A stretch of DNA of 64,000 nt from Gammaproteobacteria bacterium (GTDB lineage: Bacteria; Pseudomonadota; Gammaproteobacteria; Steroidobacterales; Steroidobacteraceae): positions 8,425 to 72,424 of the forward strand of contig VGUJ01000004.1 in assembly GCA_016874235.1 (NCBI GenBank). The letters run 5' to 3'. The notes below the pieces were generated by a model, which ran no database searches, was not told where the DNA came from, and saw nothing but the letters and a program-made list of their open reading frames with translations. Both the position numbers and the translations under genes were made by a program. Positions 60,488 through 64,000 of this stretch are shown here, one piece after another. Each line of letters starts with the position of its first letter. Positions within the stretch are counted from its first letter, which is position 1.

Positions 60488-61814
60488 ATCCGTCGACGAG
60501 TACGGAGCCTGAGCGGATACCGCCGCGCAGATCGATGTCGCCGCCGATCGCGACGATCTGTCGGTAGAGTTCTTTGAGGTTGCCGGCGATCGTGATCTCG
60601 TGGACCGGGTAGGCGATTTCGCCGTTCTCCACCCAGAAGCCCGTCGCGCCTCGCGAGTAATCGCCCGTCACGCCGTTGACGCCCTGCCCCATGAGTTCGG
60701 TGACGAGCAGTCCACGTCCCATCTGCTTGAGTAACGCCGCCTGATCGGGCGCACCCTGCGAAGGATCGACGAGCAAGTTGTGCAAGCCACCCGCATTACC
60801 CGTACTTTTGAGTCCGAGCTTACGTGCGCTGTAGCTGCCAAGCAGATATCCATCGACGATCCCGTCGTGCACGAGTTCACGATCGTGCGTACGCACGCCC
60901 TCGCCGTCCCAGTTGGCACTTGCAAAAGCCCTGGGCAAACGCGGTCGCTCGTGCATCTGTACCCAAGAGGGAAACACCTGCTGTCCTGCGGCGCCGAGCA
61001 GGAAGCTCGCCTTGCGATACTGCGCACCACCGCGAATCGCGCCGACGAAATGTCCGATGAAGCCTCGCGCGACTTCAGGCGCAAACAGTACGAGCGACTT
61101 GCTCGTCGGCAAACGTCTCGCACCGAGTCTCGCAATCGCACGTTCAGCGGCGCGACGCCCGATCGGCGCGGCGGCTTCGAGATCGACAGGATCGCGGGCC
61201 GAGGAATACCAATAGTCGCGCTGCATGTCGTCGCCCACCTGAGCAAGCAGCACGCAGCTCAAAGAATGGCTCGAGGCGCAGTCACCAGCCAGGAAGCCGT
61301 GGCTGTTGCCATACACGCGCACGCCGCGCTGACTGCCGACACTCGCGCCTTCGGAGTTGCCGAGGCGTTTGTCGACAGCGAGACCCGCAGCCTCGCATTC
61401 GCGCGCGAGATCGACGGCCTTCTCGGGTGTGATGTCCCAGGGGAAGTCGAGCTGCAGATCGGGAAACTCGGTGGCGAGTAACTCGGGGTCGGCAAGACCC
61501 GCACACTCATCGAGTGCCGTATGACGCGCAATCGCGCAGGCCTTCGCAACGGTTTCGCGTACTGAGCTCTTCGAGAGGTCGGCCGTGCTGGCCGACCCTT
61601 TGCGGGTACCAAAGTAAACGGTCACGCCCAGGGCGCGATCGCGTTGATATTCGACGGTCTCGACCTCGCCGAGACGCACGGTGACGCTGAGCCCCTTCGA
61701 CAAGCTGGCATCGGCCTCGGCCTGAGAGGCGCCCGCCTTGCGGGCTTCCGCGAGGGTCAAGGCCACCACCGATTCAAGTTCGGGGATGCGAGAGGGATCA
61801 ACTTGCTGCGACAT
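60468..61814 (-). CDS. pmbA: Metalloprotease PmbA (TldE)
   Basis: 448 aa of the PmbA/TldD fold, ending ...[13 protein letters not shown]. Divergent from yjgA as in E. coli. Confidence 0.95.
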   Translation of the reverse strand: MSQQVDPSRIPELESVVALTLAEARKAGASQAEADASLSKGLSVTVRLGEVETVEYQRDRALGVTVYFGTRKGSASTADLSKSSVRETVAKACAIARHTALDECAGLADPELLATEFPDLQLDFPWDITPEKAVDLARECEAAGLAVDKRLGNSEGASVGSQRGVRVYGNSHGFLAGDCASSHSLSCVLLAQVGDDMQRDYWYSSARDPVDLEAAAPIGRRAAERAIARLGARRLPTSKSLVLFAPEVARGFIGHFVGAIRGGAQYRKASFLLGAAGQQVFPSWVQMHERPRLPRAFASANWDGEGVRTHDRELVHDGIVDGYLLGSYSARKLGLKSTGNAGGLHNLLVDPSQGAPDQAALLKQMGRGLLVTELMGQGVNGVTGDYSRGATGFWVENGEIAYPVHEITIAGNLKELYRQIVAIGGDIDLRGGIRSGSVLVDGFTIAGQ

Positions 61815-61831
61815 GGTGCAGAATTGTAACG

Positions 61832-62146
61832 GTGTCCCGATATCCCAGATACACGAAACCGTACGAGCCCGAAGTGCACGACACCGAGGCGCTCGATGAA
61901 CGCCCGAGCAAAAGCTCGCGTAAGCGCGCAGCCCACGCTGCGCAGGCGCTCGGCGAGCGACTGATCGCGCTCAAGGAATCCGACCTAGTACGTCTGCCCC
62001 TTCCCGAAAGTCTGCTCGATGCCGTCCGAGAAGCTCGACGAATCAAGGCGCGGGGCGGGCTATCGCGTCAAAAACAATACATCGGCAAGCTGATGCGCGA
62101 TCTCGACACGGCGGCCATCGAGGACGCCCTCGAGACCCTGCGCTGA
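61832..62146 (+). CDS. yjgA: DUF615/YjgA ribosome-associated protein, short form lacking the C-terminal half
   Basis: 104 aa with a GTG start. [23 protein letters not shown]...[21 protein letters not shown] aligns with roughly residues 27-110 of E. coli YjgA (183 aa, from memory). The stop lies 31 nt before purE. Confidence 0.75.
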   Translation: MSRYPRYTKPYEPEVHDTEALDERPSKSSRKRAAHAAQALGERLIALKESDLVRLPLPESLLDAVREARRIKARGGLSRQKQYIGKLMRDLDTAAIEDALETLR

Positions 62147-62177
62147 TTTTGAGCGGGTTTTCCGCTATCATCACGCG

Positions 62178-62669
62178 ATGAAGCCCGTCGTCGGCATCGT
62201 CATGGGTTCGCGCTCCGACTGGGAGACGCTGCGCCCCGCAGCCGAGACTCTCGAAAAGCTCGGTGTGCCCCACGAAGTTCGCGTGGTCTCCGCTCACCGC
62301 ACTCCCGACCTGCTCTTCGAATACGCCTCCTCGGCCGAAAGTCGCGGTATCCAGGTCATCATCGCGGGCGCAGGGGGCGCGGCCCACCTTCCCGGCATGC
62401 TCGCTGCGAAGACCACGCTGCCCATACTCGGCGTGCCGGTGCAGTCCAAGACCCTCAACGGACTCGACTCACTGCTCTCCATCGTTCAAATGCCTGCCGG
62501 AGTGCCCGTTCCGACCTTCGCCATCGGCGTGGCCGGCGCGACGAATGCCGCCCTCTCGGCCGCCGCGATCCTCGCGCTCTCTGATCCGGCTCTCGGCAAG
62601 GCGCTCAAGGCGCATCGCGATGCACAAACCGCCGCGGTGCTGGAGAACCCCGATCCGCGTAAAGCCTGA
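62178..62669 (+). CDS. purE: N5-carboxyaminoimidazole ribonucleotide mutase
   Basis: 163 aa; [20 protein letters not shown] and [10 protein letters not shown] motifs. Confidence 0.97.
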   Translation: MKPVVGIVMGSRSDWETLRPAAETLEKLGVPHEVRVVSAHRTPDLLFEYASSAESRGIQVIIAGAGGAAHLPGMLAAKTTLPILGVPVQSKTLNGLDSLLSIVQMPAGVPVPTFAIGVAGATNAALSAAAILALSDPALGKALKAHRDAQTAAVLENPDPRKA

Positions 62670-62682
62670 CGAGAGACGTCCG

Positions 62683-63780
62683 ATGACCATCGGTATCGTG
62701 GGCGGTGGACAGCTCGGGCGCATGATGGCGCTCGCAGGCTACCCGCTCGGACTCCACTTCCTCTTCCTCGATCGATCGGCCGATACCCCCGCCGCGCAGG
62801 TCGCACCGACACTCGTCGGCGAATTCACGGATCGAAAATTACTGCGTGAGCTCGCGCGTCGCAGCGAAGTAATCACCTTCGATTGGGAAAACGTCTCGAT
62901 CGAGAGCCTGCGAGCCCTCGGTCGATCGGCCTCGATCGCTCCGCCACTCGCAGCGCTCGCGATGTCGCAAGATCGCATTGCGGAGAAAAAACTCTTCGAC
63001 ACGCTCGCGATTCCGACCACACGTTATGCCGCCGTCGAGTCTCAGGCGTCGCTCGTGCGGGCCTTGCGCGATATCGGCCTACCGGGAGTACTCAAAACCC
63101 GTCGCCTCGGCTACGACGGCAAAGGCCAGGCCGTCATACGGAGTATCGAAGATGCCTGGCTGGCATTCGAGCGATTACGCGGCTCAGCGCTCATCTACGA
63201 AGAATTCGTTCCGTTCGATTACGAAGTGTCGATCATCGGTGCACGTAACCGACACGGTGAGATCGCCATTTACCCCCTCAATCACAATCTGCATCGAGAC
63301 GGTATCCTGCGTCTGACGCGCGCACCCTGGGGCGCGCCCGCTCTGCAGCGCCGCGCAGCGACGCATCTGCGACGCGTGCTCGAGCACTACCGTTACGAGG
63401 GCGTACTCAATATCGAATTCTTTGTTCGTAGCGGACGGCTGCTTGCGAACGAGACCGCGCCGCGTGTGCACAACTCGGGCCACTGGACGATTGAGGGCAC
63501 GGCCACGAGCCAGTTCGAAAATCATCTGCGTGCAATTTTGGGATTACCGCTCGGCGCGACGACTGCACGAGGTCATGCTGCGATGATCAACCTCATCGGA
63601 CGTATGCCGTCACGTGAGATATTCCTCGGCGAAGACGAGCTACATTGGCACGACTATGGCAAGACGGAGCGTGAGGGCCGAAAGCTCGGTCATATCACGT
63701 TGCTCGAACGCACAGCCTCGCGCCGCGATACGCGAGCGCGTCGTCTGCTTCGACGCATCGATCCCGCGAGCGTGCGCTAA
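62683..63780 (+). CDS. purK: N5-carboxyaminoimidazole ribonucleotide synthase
   Basis: Trimmed to the ATG at 62683 (MTIGIVGGGQLGRMMA). ATP-grasp fold; NETAPRVHNSGHWT motif. Confidence 0.95.
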   Translation: MTIGIVGGGQLGRMMALAGYPLGLHFLFLDRSADTPAAQVAPTLVGEFTDRKLLRELARRSEVITFDWENVSIESLRALGRSASIAPPLAALAMSQDRIAEKKLFDTLAIPTTRYAAVESQASLVRALRDIGLPGVLKTRRLGYDGKGQAVIRSIEDAWLAFERLRGSALIYEEFVPFDYEVSIIGARNRHGEIAIYPLNHNLHRDGILRLTRAPWGAPALQRRAATHLRRVLEHYRYEGVLNIEFFVRSGRLLANETAPRVHNSGHWTIEGTATSQFENHLRAILGLPLGATTARGHAAMINLIGRMPSREIFLGEDELHWHDYGKTEREGRKLGHITLLERTASRRDTRARRLLRRIDPASVR

Positions 63781-63794
63781 AAGATTTCGGCGGC

Positions 63795-64000
63795 TCAGCC
63801 CGTGCCGCCCACCGTGAGCTCGTCGATACGCAGCGTCGGCTGCCCGACGCCCACCGGCACGCTCTGCCCTTCCTTGCCACAGGTACCGACGCCGTCGTCG
63901 AGCTTGAGGTCGTTGCCGACCATCGACACGCGAGTGAGCACGTCGGGGCCGTTACCGATCAAGGTCGCGCCCTTGATGGGCGCTCCGATGCGACCTTTCT
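63795..64000 (-). CDS. 3' end of an unidentified gene (runs off the window end)
   Basis: An open minus-strand frame ends at TGA 63797-63795. It translates to ...[67 protein letters not shown], which is Gly-rich and beta-strand-like. I cannot assign a family. Confidence 0.4.
   Translation of the reverse strand, partial: KGRIGAPIKGATLIGNGPDVLTRVSMVGNDLKLDDGVGTCGKEGQSVPVGVGQPTLRIDELTVGGTG

Overview
High-GC (about two thirds G+C by eye, not computed), densely packed core-chromosome segment of a gammaproteobacterium. The gene order resembles Xanthomonadales/Nevskiales-type genomes, but the taxon cannot be fixed from this window. About 70 protein genes are supportable, almost all housekeeping:
- gatCAB, divergent from the mreBCD-mrdA-rodA-mltB-rlpA-dac-dat-ybeD cell-wall block
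- lipA-lipB-folE
- murU-amgK, divergent from lptD-surA-pdxA-rsmA-apaG-apaH
- class I fumarase
- a TonB-dependent receptor plus beta-propeller phytase pair
- lgt-thyA-SET-folA
- an roughly 11 kb co-directional minus-strand string, gcvT-H-PA-PB-dgkA-pfkB-DUF72-sua5-ODC-comB-HAD-DUF486-HIT
- DUF885-ispG-phhB
- ygfB-pepP-ubiH-ubiI
- zapB-like, zapA, 6S RNA, 5-FCL, EVE
- rpiA, then tRNA-Gln, rpsI-rplM, coq7, a crp-like regulator, rpe-djlA, purC, pmbA, a short yjgA, and purEK

RNA elements absent from the ORF track:
- a tandem glycine riboswitch with a terminator-type expression platform upstream of gcvT
- a 6S RNA between zapA and the 5-formyl-THF cyclo-ligase gene
- tRNA-Gln(CUG)
- several intrinsic terminators

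I see no CRISPR array, IS element, integrase, prophage, toxin-antitoxin pair or recognisable defence system, so I cannot honestly point to a large novel system here. The most unusual items are:
1. A 20-codon Lys/Ala micro-ORF with its own promoter, SD and terminator, lying in the rpiA leader.
2. A SET-domain lysine methyltransferase with a polybasic tail, translationally coupled into thyA-folA.
3. A tightly coupled five-gene operon of unknown pathway (PLP decarboxylase, ComB-like phosphatase, HAD phosphatase, DUF486 membrane protein, HIT).
4. A Pho-box-like site upstream of the receptor-phytase pair.
5. A possible leaderless zapB-like gene.
6. A crp-like gene whose 3' extension overlaps rpe.
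7. A truncated yjgA.

Gene starts are my own picks within the supplied ORFs. The track extends to the furthest ATG/GTG/TTG, so several starts were trimmed. Coordinates of RNA and regulatory elements are good to about 5 nt.
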